A stretch of 64,000 nucleotides of DNA from Bacteroidota bacterium (GCA_016866335.1 VGMT01000004.1:15294-79293), one strand, 5' to 3'; positions 18,569-26,185 are shown, numbered from the stretch's first letter. The notes: generated by a model from the letters alone, not told the origin. Numbers and translations: made by a program.

Positions 18569-19795
18569 ATGGAAACAACCTTTGATGTAGCTGTGGTTGG
18601 TGGTGGAATTGTGGGCGCAGCATCCGCATTTAGGTTGCAACAAGCATTCCCTGTATTGAAAATCGTCTTGCTCGAAAAAATGCCAGCCTTGGCCAACCAC
18701 CAAACGGGCAACAATTCGGGTGTGATTCACTCCGGTATTTACTATAAACCAGGCTCTTTAAAAGCCAAAAACTGCGTCCAAGGGCGAAGGGAATTGGTTG
18801 ACTTTGCTCGCGAGCACAAAATAGCCCACGATGTTTGCGGTAAAATTATTGTTGCCACTGAACCCGGAGAACTAGAAAGGTTGGATAGCATTTATCAGCG
18901 CGCTATTGAAAATGGAATCGAAAGCATTTCAAAAATTGGTCCCGACGAAATTCGGCAAATCGAACCCCACTGCCGTGGATTAGCCGCTGTCCGAGTTGGA
19001 TGCACAGGTATTGTGGATTTTCGTGGTGCTACCGAAACCATGGCAGATTTGCTGGGCAAAATTCACCCCGAATCTCAAATATCCCTAAATACAGAGGTGC
19101 TGAGCATTACCCACGAAGGCGATGTTCAGCATTTGCATACCAATAAGGGCCGCTTTAAAGCCCGTTTTACCGTGTTTTGTGCAGGTCTGCAATCCGACAG
19201 GTTAGCTAAAAAAGATGGGCTGAACCCCCAAATGCGCATTGTAGGATTTAGGGGCGATTATTATGAACTCTCTCCTGCAGCTGAACATAAAGTAAAGAAC
19301 CTGATTTACCCCGTACCCAATCCCGCTTTCCCTTTTTTAGGAGTTCACTTTACCAGGATGGCCTTAGGTGGCGTGGAATGTGGACCAAATGCGGTTTTTA
19401 CCTTCAAACGCGAAGGCTATGGAAAAACCGATTTTAACCTTGCAGACACGGCCAATGCCTTAAGCTATGCAGGAACCTGGAAACTGTTCGCCAAGCACTG
19501 GCGCTTCGGGCTAGATGAATACCGAAGGGCCTTTAGCAAACAAAGATTTTTAAAAACCTTACAACGACTTATTCCAGACCTGACCTTGCAGGACTTGGCG
19601 CCCGGTCGGGCAGGCGTACGTGCCATGGCTTTGGGACCCGACGGAGAAATGCTGGATGATTTTGTTTTGGATTTTAGCCACAACAGCATCCATGTGCTCA
19701 ACGCGCCTTCGCCAGCCGCAACGGCCGCTTTGGCCATCGGAAGCCAGATTCGCGATATGGCATGCGAACGATTTCAACTCTCAAAAACCACTTGA
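18569..19795 (+). CDS. lhgO: FAD-dependent L-2-hydroxyglutarate oxidase (LhgO/YgaF-like)
   Basis: DVAVVGGGIVGAASAFRL (FAD fold), NNSGVIHSGIYYKPGSLKAKNC, ..VRAMALGPDGEMLDDF..HVLNAPSPAATAALAIG. Confidence 0.8.
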   Translation: METTFDVAVVGGGIVGAASAFRLQQAFPVLKIVLLEKMPALANHQTGNNSGVIHSGIYYKPGSLKAKNCVQGRRELVDFAREHKIAHDVCGKIIVATEPGELERLDSIYQRAIENGIESISKIGPDEIRQIEPHCRGLAAVRVGCTGIVDFRGATETMADLLGKIHPESQISLNTEVLSITHEGDVQHLHTNKGRFKARFTVFCAGLQSDRLAKKDGLNPQMRIVGFRGDYYELSPAAEHKVKNLIYPVPNPAFPFLGVHFTRMALGGVECGPNAVFTFKREGYGKTDFNLADTANALSYAGTWKLFAKHWRFGLDEYRRAFSKQRFLKTLQRLIPDLTLQDLAPGRAGVRAMALGPDGEMLDDFVLDFSHNSIHVLNAPSPAATAALAIGSQIRDMACERFQLSKTT

Positions 19796-19807
19796 TTAAA
19801 CCTTCTT

Positions 19808-20353
19808 ATGTTTTCAAAACTGTTTGGTAAAAAGAAAAAAACAACCCAAGACATTGCCCCCGATTATGTGAGCCTGATTTATGAAGCTACTGCCGAGGGA
19901 TTCCCCATTATTGCCGATTTGTTGAACGAAGAAATGGAATTCGCAAATTCGCCCCACATTGAAGCCGACTCCAACCTGTGGTTCAGATACATAGTCTTTG
20001 CTGGCAACCTTTTGAATTTGGAAACCTTTTTTAGCCCCGAAGAAGCAGACAATTTAAGGCAGGTTTTTATCCCCAAAATCACCCAATCTCTTGGTGCCGA
20101 CCCCGAAACCGCCGACGCTATTTTGGTGGATTATATGGAATTCCTTCGAAATCTAAATAAAACCCAAAAAAACCTGGTGCACAGCATGGCTATGGCCATT
20201 TTTCAAAAATATGAGCTGAATGATTATCAAACAGAACATTTCCAAAAACTAAACGCTCCAAATCCCAAAGTGATGAAAGAGCTAACAGAAATCGTTGCCC
20301 TATTTTTATGGAACTGGAAATCGTATTTGGAAACCTATAAAGTTGTCGCTTAG
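19808..20353 (+). CDS. Hypothetical protein (181 aa)
   Basis: Clean ORF in the same orientation as its neighbours, with a 12-nt gap upstream. No motif recognised. Confidence 0.5.
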   Translation: MFSKLFGKKKKTTQDIAPDYVSLIYEATAEGFPIIADLLNEEMEFANSPHIEADSNLWFRYIVFAGNLLNLETFFSPEEADNLRQVFIPKITQSLGADPETADAILVDYMEFLRNLNKTQKNLVHSMAMAIFQKYELNDYQTEHFQKLNAPNPKVMKELTEIVALFLWNWKSYLETYKVVA

Positions 20354-20991
20354 TGTTCACTTTCCTTTTTTTGGCTATGGCCTTGGCTTCGCCTAGCCCT
20401 GAGAGGTATTTAATTGATTTATCCCTGGGCAGTTGGAAACAAGTAAATGGGAACATCCGCCTTGAATTTTTGGGAGATGGACGGGCTGAGGTTTACTCGG
20501 ACGCCTACATTGTTGTTCCCGAAGTTGCACGGGTTGCACCCGAACCAGAATTTGTTTTACCCGCACCCATTTGGAAAAACCATCGATGGGCCTGGAAAGG
20601 CGTTTGCATTCGGGAAGCGGATTGGGAGTGGCAATTGCTAAAAGACACCCTTCAACTGCCCGCCCATTGGTTGGGCGGTAAACGCGGCGAAATGTGGACC
20701 TTCGTTCAAGTTAAAGCTCCCCATTTCTTGATCCCCCCCCCCCCGCCCACCCAACTGATTTTAGAAAATCAACGCGCCTGGAAAAAGTGCCTGCCTGTTG
20801 CTGTCGCCTCTAAGAATCCCCAAAAAATATGCCATTGTTTGGCCCAAGTTGATTTTCCAGACAAGGAATTGGAACCCACCCTAAAGGGAAACCCTATGCG
20901 CTGGAAGTGCCTTCAGCCCCATGCCCGCTTGCGCTTTGCACGTTTTTTGGAGTATTCAAATGCCCAAATAAATACCCTTTTAAAAAACTAG
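20353..20991 (+). CDS. Hypothetical secreted protein (212 aa) containing a C12 homopolymer
   Basis: Its start sits 1 nt inside the last codon of the upstream ORF. N-terminal signal-like MFTFLFLAMALASP. No family recognised. Confidence 0.5.
   Translation: MFTFLFLAMALASPSPERYLIDLSLGSWKQVNGNIRLEFLGDGRAEVYSDAYIVVPEVARVAPEPEFVLPAPIWKNHRWAWKGVCIREADWEWQLLKDTLQLPAHWLGGKRGEMWTFVQVKAPHFLIPPPPPTQLILENQRAWKKCLPVAVASKNPQKICHCLAQVDFPDKELEPTLKGNPMRWKCLQPHARLRFARFLEYSNAQINTLLKN
20733..20744 (+). repeat. Homopolymeric C12 tract inside the CDS (encodes PPPPP)
   Basis: Counted directly: atCCCCCCCCCCCCg at 20733-20744. Confidence 0.95.
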
Positions 20992-20994
20992 GAA

Positions 20995-22098
20995 ATGCAC
21001 ATCTTGCAACAAAATGAATTGATTGGATTTTTGGATGATTTAGCCCCGCCTTCCCTTCAAGAAAGCTATGACAATAGCGGTTGGATCGTGAAGTTGAGTG
21101 ATTCTTTTAAAAAAGCCTTGCTGGGTCTAGATTGCACTCCCGAAGTGGTTCAAGAGGCCCAGCAAGAAGGTTGCGACCTGATTATTTCCCATCATCCCAT
21201 CGTATTTAAAGGCCTTAAGCGCCTTACGGGTCAACACTACACTGAGCAGGCCGTGATTATGGCTGTTCAGGGGGGAATTTCCATCTACGCCATTCACACC
21301 AACTTAGACAATGTCTCGCAAAAAGGAGTAAATCAGTCCCTAGCTCAACGCTTGGGCCTTGAACGCGGACATGTTTTGCGCCCATTAAAAGGGCAGTTAA
21401 GCAAGTTGAGCATTTTTGTTCCCATAGAAAATACCGAAACTCTGGAAGCAGCTTTGTTTGCCGCTGGGGCAGGCCAAATTGGCAATTACGCCGATTGTTC
21501 CTTTTTAACCCAGGGCTTAGGTAGCTTTAAACCCCAAAACGAAGCTCAGCCAACAATCGGAGAACTTGGTGCGCGTAGTTTCGTTAAAGAAAATAGGGTA
21601 GAGGTATTGGTCGAGAACTGGAAGGTTAATGAGGTATTGAAATCGGCCCGGAAGGCACACCCTTACGAAGAAATGGCCTATGATTTGGTTCTGCTTGAAA
21701 ATGAACACCCGTTTTTGGGAAGCGGTTGGATAGGATTTTTACCCAAAGCCTTGCCCGTTCAAGAATTTTTGGATTTAATCAAAACCAACCTGCCCGCCCA
21801 TGCCTTAAAATACACGGCCCCAATCAAATCCAGTATCGAAAAAGTAGCTATTTGTGGCGGGGCCGGAGGCTTTTTGCTTCCCGATGCCATTCGGGTAAAG
21901 GCCGATGTGTTTCTCACGGCCGACTTTAAATACCATGAGTATTTTGATGCCATTGGAAAAATTATGGTGGTAGATCCAGGGCATTATGAAACAGAACATC
22001 ATTTGGCAGAGCATATGTCGACACTTCTAAAAGAAAAATTTCCTAACTTTGCCACCCTTATATCACAGGTAAATACCAATCCTGTAAATTATTACTGA
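20995..22098 (+). CDS. Nif3-like dinuclear metal centre protein (YbgI / GTP cyclohydrolase 1 type 2 family)
   Basis: SYDNSGW.., ..DLIISHHPIVFKGLKRLTG.., ..IYAIHTNLDN.., and the C-terminal ..VFLTADFKYHEYFDA..DPGHYETEH. Confidence 0.9.
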   Translation: MHILQQNELIGFLDDLAPPSLQESYDNSGWIVKLSDSFKKALLGLDCTPEVVQEAQQEGCDLIISHHPIVFKGLKRLTGQHYTEQAVIMAVQGGISIYAIHTNLDNVSQKGVNQSLAQRLGLERGHVLRPLKGQLSKLSIFVPIENTETLEAALFAAGAGQIGNYADCSFLTQGLGSFKPQNEAQPTIGELGARSFVKENRVEVLVENWKVNEVLKSARKAHPYEEMAYDLVLLENEHPFLGSGWIGFLPKALPVQEFLDLIKTNLPAHALKYTAPIKSSIEKVAICGGAGGFLLPDAIRVKADVFLTADFKYHEYFDAIGKIMVVDPGHYETEHHLAEHMSTLLKEKFPNFATLISQVNTNPVNYY

Positions 22099-22099
22099 T

Positions 22100-22891
22100 A
22101 TGGCCAAAACTGCGGCAAGCGCTAAATCACAAAAATCATTGTCGGAAATGAGCGTAGATGAAAAACTGCGCGCTCTGTTCGACCTGCAAATCATGGATTC
22201 TAAAATCGACCAAATTCGTACCCTTCGTGGAGAACTGCCCCTAGAGGTAAACGATTTGGAAGATGAAGTTGAAGGGCTGAACGCCCAAATCTCCAGAAAG
22301 AGCGAAGAAATTTTGGCTATGGAATCCGAAATTTCTGCCAAAAAGAACCTCATGAAGGAATCGGCTATGCTTATTACCAAATATGAGCAACAACAAGGGA
22401 ATGTCCGCAACAACCGCGAATTCGATTCCCTTTCTAAAGAAATTGAATACCAATCCTTAGAAATACAATTGGCCGAAAAACGCATTCGTGAGTTTGGTGC
22501 CCGAATTGAAATTCTAAAGCAAGAACTCGCTGCATTCGAAGAAAAACGCACCGAACGCCAAGCGAATTTAGACATCAAACGAGAAGAACTCGACGCCATT
22601 GTGGCCGAAACCCAAAAAGACGAGGAAGCCCTGTTGGAAAAATCACAGGCCTTCGAATCAAAAATCGAAGATCGATATTTGAATGCCTACAAACGCATTC
22701 GGGCAAATGCAGTTAACGGTCTAGCCGTGGTTCATATCGATAGAGATTCCTGCGGCGGTTGCTTTAACACCTTGCCTCCTCAGCATATTTTAGATATTGC
22801 CCTGCGCAAGCGAATCAATCAATGCGAGCACTGTGGCCGTATTATCGTTGATGCCGAACTCGCCTTGGAAGAAAATGAAAAGTTAGGGTAA
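22100..22891 (+). CDS. Coiled-coil C4 zinc-ribbon protein (COG1579 family, the usual Nif3 neighbour)
   Basis: Long heptad-rich region, then C-terminal CGGC..(18 aa)..CEHCGRI. Starts 1 nt after the Nif3 stop. Confidence 0.8.
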   Translation: MAKTAASAKSQKSLSEMSVDEKLRALFDLQIMDSKIDQIRTLRGELPLEVNDLEDEVEGLNAQISRKSEEILAMESEISAKKNLMKESAMLITKYEQQQGNVRNNREFDSLSKEIEYQSLEIQLAEKRIREFGARIEILKQELAAFEEKRTERQANLDIKREELDAIVAETQKDEEALLEKSQAFESKIEDRYLNAYKRIRANAVNGLAVVHIDRDSCGGCFNTLPPQHILDIALRKRINQCEHCGRIIVDAELALEENEKLG

Positions 22892-22900
22892 TTCAAAACC

Positions 22901-23398
22901 ATGAAACCTTTGCATAAACGCCCACTGGACCTTGTTCTGTGGGTTTTTTATTTGGTAAACTTCCTGGTGGTTGTTTACATGATTGATTTAGAACAACTTA
23001 CGGTGAAACAGCCAGGGCTTTCCGAATATCCTCTTTGGCCTCCGCCCTTTATGATTGACCTAATTCATTGGTACGGCTACAATTTCGACCCTCTGTTGAT
23101 CGCTAGGCCGCCCTGGTGGCAAGCAACCATTTGGATTGATGTGTTGTTTTTTGGACCCTTTTACGCCTTTGCACTCTACGCTTTTTGGAAAGGGAAAAAC
23201 TGGATTCGATTCGGGGCTATTGTTTGGGCCTCTATGCTGATAACCAACGTTACCATTATACTTTTCGAAGAATTTTTTGGGCCGCACGCCTCGCCCCAAT
23301 TAGCCCGGGTTTTGCTCGCCAATGCAGCTTGGTTTATTTTCCCAGTCCTTACATTGTATCGGGCTTGGCGCTCTCCAGTAATGTTCAATGACAATTAG
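22901..23398 (+). CDS. EXPERA-domain membrane protein (TMEM97 / sigma-2 receptor / EBP-like, DUF2781)
   Basis: 165 aa, 4 predicted TM segments. WYGYNFDPLLIARPPWWQATIWIDVLFFGPFYAFALYAFWKGKNWIRFGAIVW..ILFEEFF parallels my recollection of human TMEM97 ([50 protein letters not shown]). Confidence 0.6.
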   Translation: MKPLHKRPLDLVLWVFYLVNFLVVVYMIDLEQLTVKQPGLSEYPLWPPPFMIDLIHWYGYNFDPLLIARPPWWQATIWIDVLFFGPFYAFALYAFWKGKNWIRFGAIVWASMLITNVTIILFEEFFGPHASPQLARVLLANAAWFIFPVLTLYRAWRSPVMFNDN

Positions 23399-23432
23399 GC
23401 CCAAGGCCAGTACGATTGATTTATTTTTTTGT

Positions 23433-23573
23433 GGGGCGGCAGCCGGGCTTTCACAGGTAGTCCTCAGCAAAAGGGACTGGGGCAGCGGGCTTGCGTGGGC
23501 TCCTAAAGTCGCCTCCGCGCCACGCGCCCCAGACCCTTTCGCTTTGCGGGCTACCTTGTTCAATCCCTGCCGC
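23433..23573 (+). repeat. GC-rich structured intergenic repeat, family A, copy A1 (the most diverged copy)
   Basis: GGGGCGGCAGCCGGGCTTTC..GCGTGGGCTCCTAAAGTCGCCTCCGC..CAATCCCTGCCGC aligns over its full length with 25971-26115 and with the reverse complements of 27323-27467 and 53089-53233. Confidence 0.9.
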
Positions 23574-23634
23574 AAATGCCTCTATGTTAAAAACGGATTA
23601 AAAAAGAATTTTCAAAAAAAATGCGTTTTGCTCT

Positions 23635-23665
23635 TGACACTGAATTTTAACCTCGGTATCTTCGT
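23635..23665 (+). promoter_or_regulatory. Promoter of the unassigned RNA, copy 1
   Basis: TTGACA (23635-23640), with the TTG followed by 20 nt and then TATCTTCG (23658-23665; Bacteroidota -7 consensus TAnnTTTG). The spacing is identical to copy 2. Confidence 0.6.
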
Positions 23666-23670
23666 AGTTC

Positions 23671-23952
23671 ACTGGTGAAACGTTCTTTTTGCTTCGTCAC
23701 GTATCGGGGTGGCGAGGAACACTTCGGGTAACTTCATGATGTGAAGTTTGCTCTTTTGGGGAGTCTCAGAAATGCCTTCCTATTTTTTTAGGAAGGCGGG
23801 AATCTCGGGTATGAGACTGGGTTGGTGCGGCAGATCAGCCCTTTACATTTAAGAGAGTAAGGCAGTTTCAATTGGATTGCTCTCGTTTTAAGGTTTAGTA
23901 AAAACGACATCCAACCAGCAATTCGGTTCGGATGTAAACGTGTTTCTTTTCA
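23671..23952 (+). ncRNA. Unassigned structured RNA, copy 1 (~280 nt), family not recognised
   Basis: No ORF. Shares ordered sequence blocks and covarying hairpins with the minus-strand locus at 42.7-43.0 kb. Ends in hairpin ACATCCAACC-agcaattc-GGTTcGGATGT (23908-23936) followed by a U-rich stretch. Confidence 0.6.
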
Positions 23953-24079
23953 ACCCTATCCCAAGGGCCCTTTCCCACAACAGCCCCTCCAACCCCTCAA
24001 AGGTCCCAGCCAAAATTCAATAAAAATTACCCGCCCCCTTTTCACTATGCCGCATATTCAATACCTTTCGCCACTGCAT

Positions 24080-25522
24080 ATGAAGGAAATTACCCACTAT
24101 ATTAATGGAAAGCAGGTCAGTTCAGATCGCTTCATGGATGTGATTGAGCCAGCAACCGGATTGGCCTACGCCAAATTGCCTTTGGGAACTCAGGCCGATG
24201 TTGATGCCGCCGTTGCTTCCGCAAAACAGGCCTTCCCCGCATGGTCCGCTCTCAGCACCGAACAGCGCGCCGAACCTTTGCTGCGCATGGCACAAGCCAT
24301 TCGCAATCAGTTGGAGGATTTAGCCCTTGAAGAATCCCGCGACAGCGGAAAACCCCTTTGGCTCACCCGAAAAGTAGACATCCCTAGGGCTGCTAAAAAC
24401 CTGGAATTTTTTGCCACGGCCATTCAGCACCAACAGTCCGAGGCCCATCCTATGAACGAGGGGGTATTAAACTTTACCTTACGCAAACCCCTAGGAGTCG
24501 TGGGATGCATTTCGCCTTGGAATCTGCCTTTGTATTTGTTTACCTGGAAAATCGCCCCTGCATTGGCTGCCGGAAACACCGTGGTGGCAAAACCCTCTGA
24601 AATAACTCCCTTTACTTCGTTTAGGTTGGGGCAAATCGCCCACGAGGCAGGTTTGCCGGCCGGAGTTTTAAACATTGTGCATGGCACTGGGCCTGAGGTC
24701 GGAAGCCCCTTGGTGGAGCATAGGGATGTTCCTGCCATTTCGTTCACCGGCGGTACCGCGACCGGACGTTCCATAGCCAGCCTTGCAGCTCCTATGTTTA
24801 AAAAATTAAGCCTGGAAATGGGAGGAAAAAATCCGAATCTGATATTTGACGATGCCGATTTTGAGGCTGCGCTCCACAGTGCCGTACGTTCCTCCTTCAC
24901 CAACCAAGGCGAAATTTGCCTCTGCGGAAGCCGAATTTTGATTCAAGAAGGCTTGTACGAACGCTTTCGCGATGCTTTTGTTGAAAAGGTAAAGCACTTA
25001 ACAGTGGGGCCTCCCGAATCGGCCAACTCATTCATGGGGGCATTGGTGTCTCAAGGGCACCTGCAAAAAGTGAAAGACTATGCTCAATTGGCCTTAGAGG
25101 AAGGGGGTACGTTGCTCTGCGGAAACGAACCCTTGGAATTGCCCCAAGCCAACCAAAACGGCTATTTTATGCGGCCCATGGTTTTTGAAGGCTTAGGACC
25201 GCAGTGCAGACTCAATAGGGAAGAAGTGTTTGGCCCTTTGGTAACCCTGCAGTCCTTTCGCGACGAGGCCGAGGCCATTGCCCTGGCCAACGACAGCAGC
25301 TATGGGCTTGCCGCTCAGGTCTGGACCCGCGATTTGGGTCGAGCCCACCGGCTGGGCGAAGCCTTGCACACCGGCATTGTATGGGTGAATTGCTGGATGC
25401 TGCGCGATTTGCGCACTCCGTTTGGGGGCATGAAGCAAAGTGGAGTCGGCCGCGAAGGGGGCTGGGAGGCCTTGCGTTTCTTTACCGAACCCAAAAATGT
25501 ATGCATCAATTACGGACATTAA
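24080..25522 (+). CDS. NAD-dependent aldehyde dehydrogenase, ALDH8 / 2-aminomuconate- or 2-hydroxymuconate-semialdehyde dehydrogenase-like
   Basis: ISPWNLPLYLFTWKIAPALAAGNTVVAKPSE, LEMGGKNP, VRSSFTNQGEICLCGSRI (catalytic Cys), EEVFGP, NCWMLRDLRTPFGGMKQSGVGREG. These closely parallel ALDH8A1/AmnC/XylG-type enzymes. The ATG at 24080 (MKEITHYINGK) is preferred over 24047. Confidence 0.85.
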   Translation: MKEITHYINGKQVSSDRFMDVIEPATGLAYAKLPLGTQADVDAAVASAKQAFPAWSALSTEQRAEPLLRMAQAIRNQLEDLALEESRDSGKPLWLTRKVDIPRAAKNLEFFATAIQHQQSEAHPMNEGVLNFTLRKPLGVVGCISPWNLPLYLFTWKIAPALAAGNTVVAKPSEITPFTSFRLGQIAHEAGLPAGVLNIVHGTGPEVGSPLVEHRDVPAISFTGGTATGRSIASLAAPMFKKLSLEMGGKNPNLIFDDADFEAALHSAVRSSFTNQGEICLCGSRILIQEGLYERFRDAFVEKVKHLTVGPPESANSFMGALVSQGHLQKVKDYAQLALEEGGTLLCGNEPLELPQANQNGYFMRPMVFEGLGPQCRLNREEVFGPLVTLQSFRDEAEAIALANDSSYGLAAQVWTRDLGRAHRLGEALHTGIVWVNCWMLRDLRTPFGGMKQSGVGREGGWEALRFFTEPKNVCINYGH

Positions 25523-25578
25523 TTTTCCTGGGTTTATCGGTTAGCGGATTAATTCAGGCGCAAAACAAAAGCGATAAT

Positions 25579-25965
25579 ATGGAAAAGCAGATCTTGCAAA
25601 CAGCGGCAGCGCCGCAGGCCATTGGCCCGTACAGCCAGGGTGTTGGGTTTGGAAACCTCTGGTTTTTTTCCGGGCAAATTGCCCTAGATCCCGAAACGGG
25701 AGAACTGAAAAACCAAAGTTTAGCGGTCGAGGTAGAGCAGGTGTTGAACAACATTGATGCCTTGCTAAGGGCTGCGGGTGCCGACTGGAGCGACATCCTT
25801 AAAACAAGTATTTTTTTAATCGACATGGCCGATTTTTCGGCGGTGAATGAAGCCTACGCCCGCCGATTCAATACCGCCTTTCCTGCCCGCGAAACGGTGG
25901 CGGTGGCACAGCTTCCCAGGGGAGCCAGGGTTGAAATCTCGGTGGTGCTGGCCCGAAAGGAATAA
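25579..25965 (+). CDS. ridA: RidA/YjgF-family enamine/imine deaminase
   Basis: MEKQILQTAAAPQAIGPYSQGV..FFSGQIALDPETGEL..PARETVAVAQLPRGARVEI. The ORF-track start at 25381 lies inside the ALDH gene. An alternative ATG at 25501 would add a signal-like peptide. Confidence 0.85.
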   Translation: MEKQILQTAAAPQAIGPYSQGVGFGNLWFFSGQIALDPETGELKNQSLAVEVEQVLNNIDALLRAAGADWSDILKTSIFLIDMADFSAVNEAYARRFNTAFPARETVAVAQLPRGARVEISVVLARKE

Positions 25966-25970
25966 ATTTT

Positions 25971-26115
25971 GGGCGGCAGCCGGGCTTTCTGGGCTACTCC
26001 GCGGTTGCCGAAAGGCTGGCCCAGCGGGTTTACGGGGGCTCCTAAAGTCGCCTCCGCACCTCGCGGGCCAGGCTTCGGCACCCTTGCGGGCTAGCCTCAT
26101 CAATCCCTGCCGCGG
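25971..26115 (+). repeat. GC-rich structured intergenic repeat, family A, copy A2
   Basis: GGGCGGCAGCCGGGCTTTCTGGGCTACTCCGCGGTTGCCGAAAGGCTGGCCCAGCGGGTTTACGGGGGCTCCTAAAGTCGCCTCCGCACCTCGCGGGCCAGGCTTCGGCACCCTTGCGGGCTAGCCTCATCAATCCCTGCCGCGG. Begins 6 nt after the RidA stop. Confidence 0.95.
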
Positions 26116-26185
26116 TTGCGGCGTTGTGGCCGTTTATCAAATACACCCCAAAAAAAGACACCCCCCATTTCCTTACCTTTGCCCC

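Noticed and set aside
23671-23952. Considered whether the two-copy RNA is tmRNA, RNase P RNA, SRP RNA, 6S RNA, a hammerhead, or a TPP/FMN/cobalamin riboswitch.
   Set aside because: None of the signature motifs I know are present: GAGGAAAGUCCGG for RNase P; a tRNA-like end plus tag ORF for tmRNA; the GGAAGCAGCC region for SRP; CUGAUGA..GAAA in the correct arrangement for a hammerhead; CUGAGA..ACCUGAUCUGGAUAAUGCC for TPP. Housekeeping RNAs would also not occur as two diverged copies. This is only an eyeball exclusion, and cmscan is needed.
25501-25578. A possible signal-peptide-bearing longer form of RidA starting at 25501.
   Set aside because: Canonical RidA proteins start right before the ..AP.AIGPYSQ.. 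motif, as the ATG at 25579 does. The longer form would overlap the ALDH gene by 22 nt. It is kept only as an alternative.
25816-26185. ORFs that appear to encode a repeated peptide (..RKGAE.WPARCGGD.RSPRKPAGPAFRQPR.SPESP..). These are 25816-26103 (-), 25854-26081 (-), 27284-27565 (+) and 52999-53265 (+), plus the N-terminal extension of the fmt ORF from 25847.
   Set aside because: The peptide similarity simply reflects the repeated family A DNA. Differences between copies are not biased to third codon positions and instead maintain nucleic-acid base pairing. The ORFs lie in both orientations relative to the element, and fmt has a canonical start at 26186.
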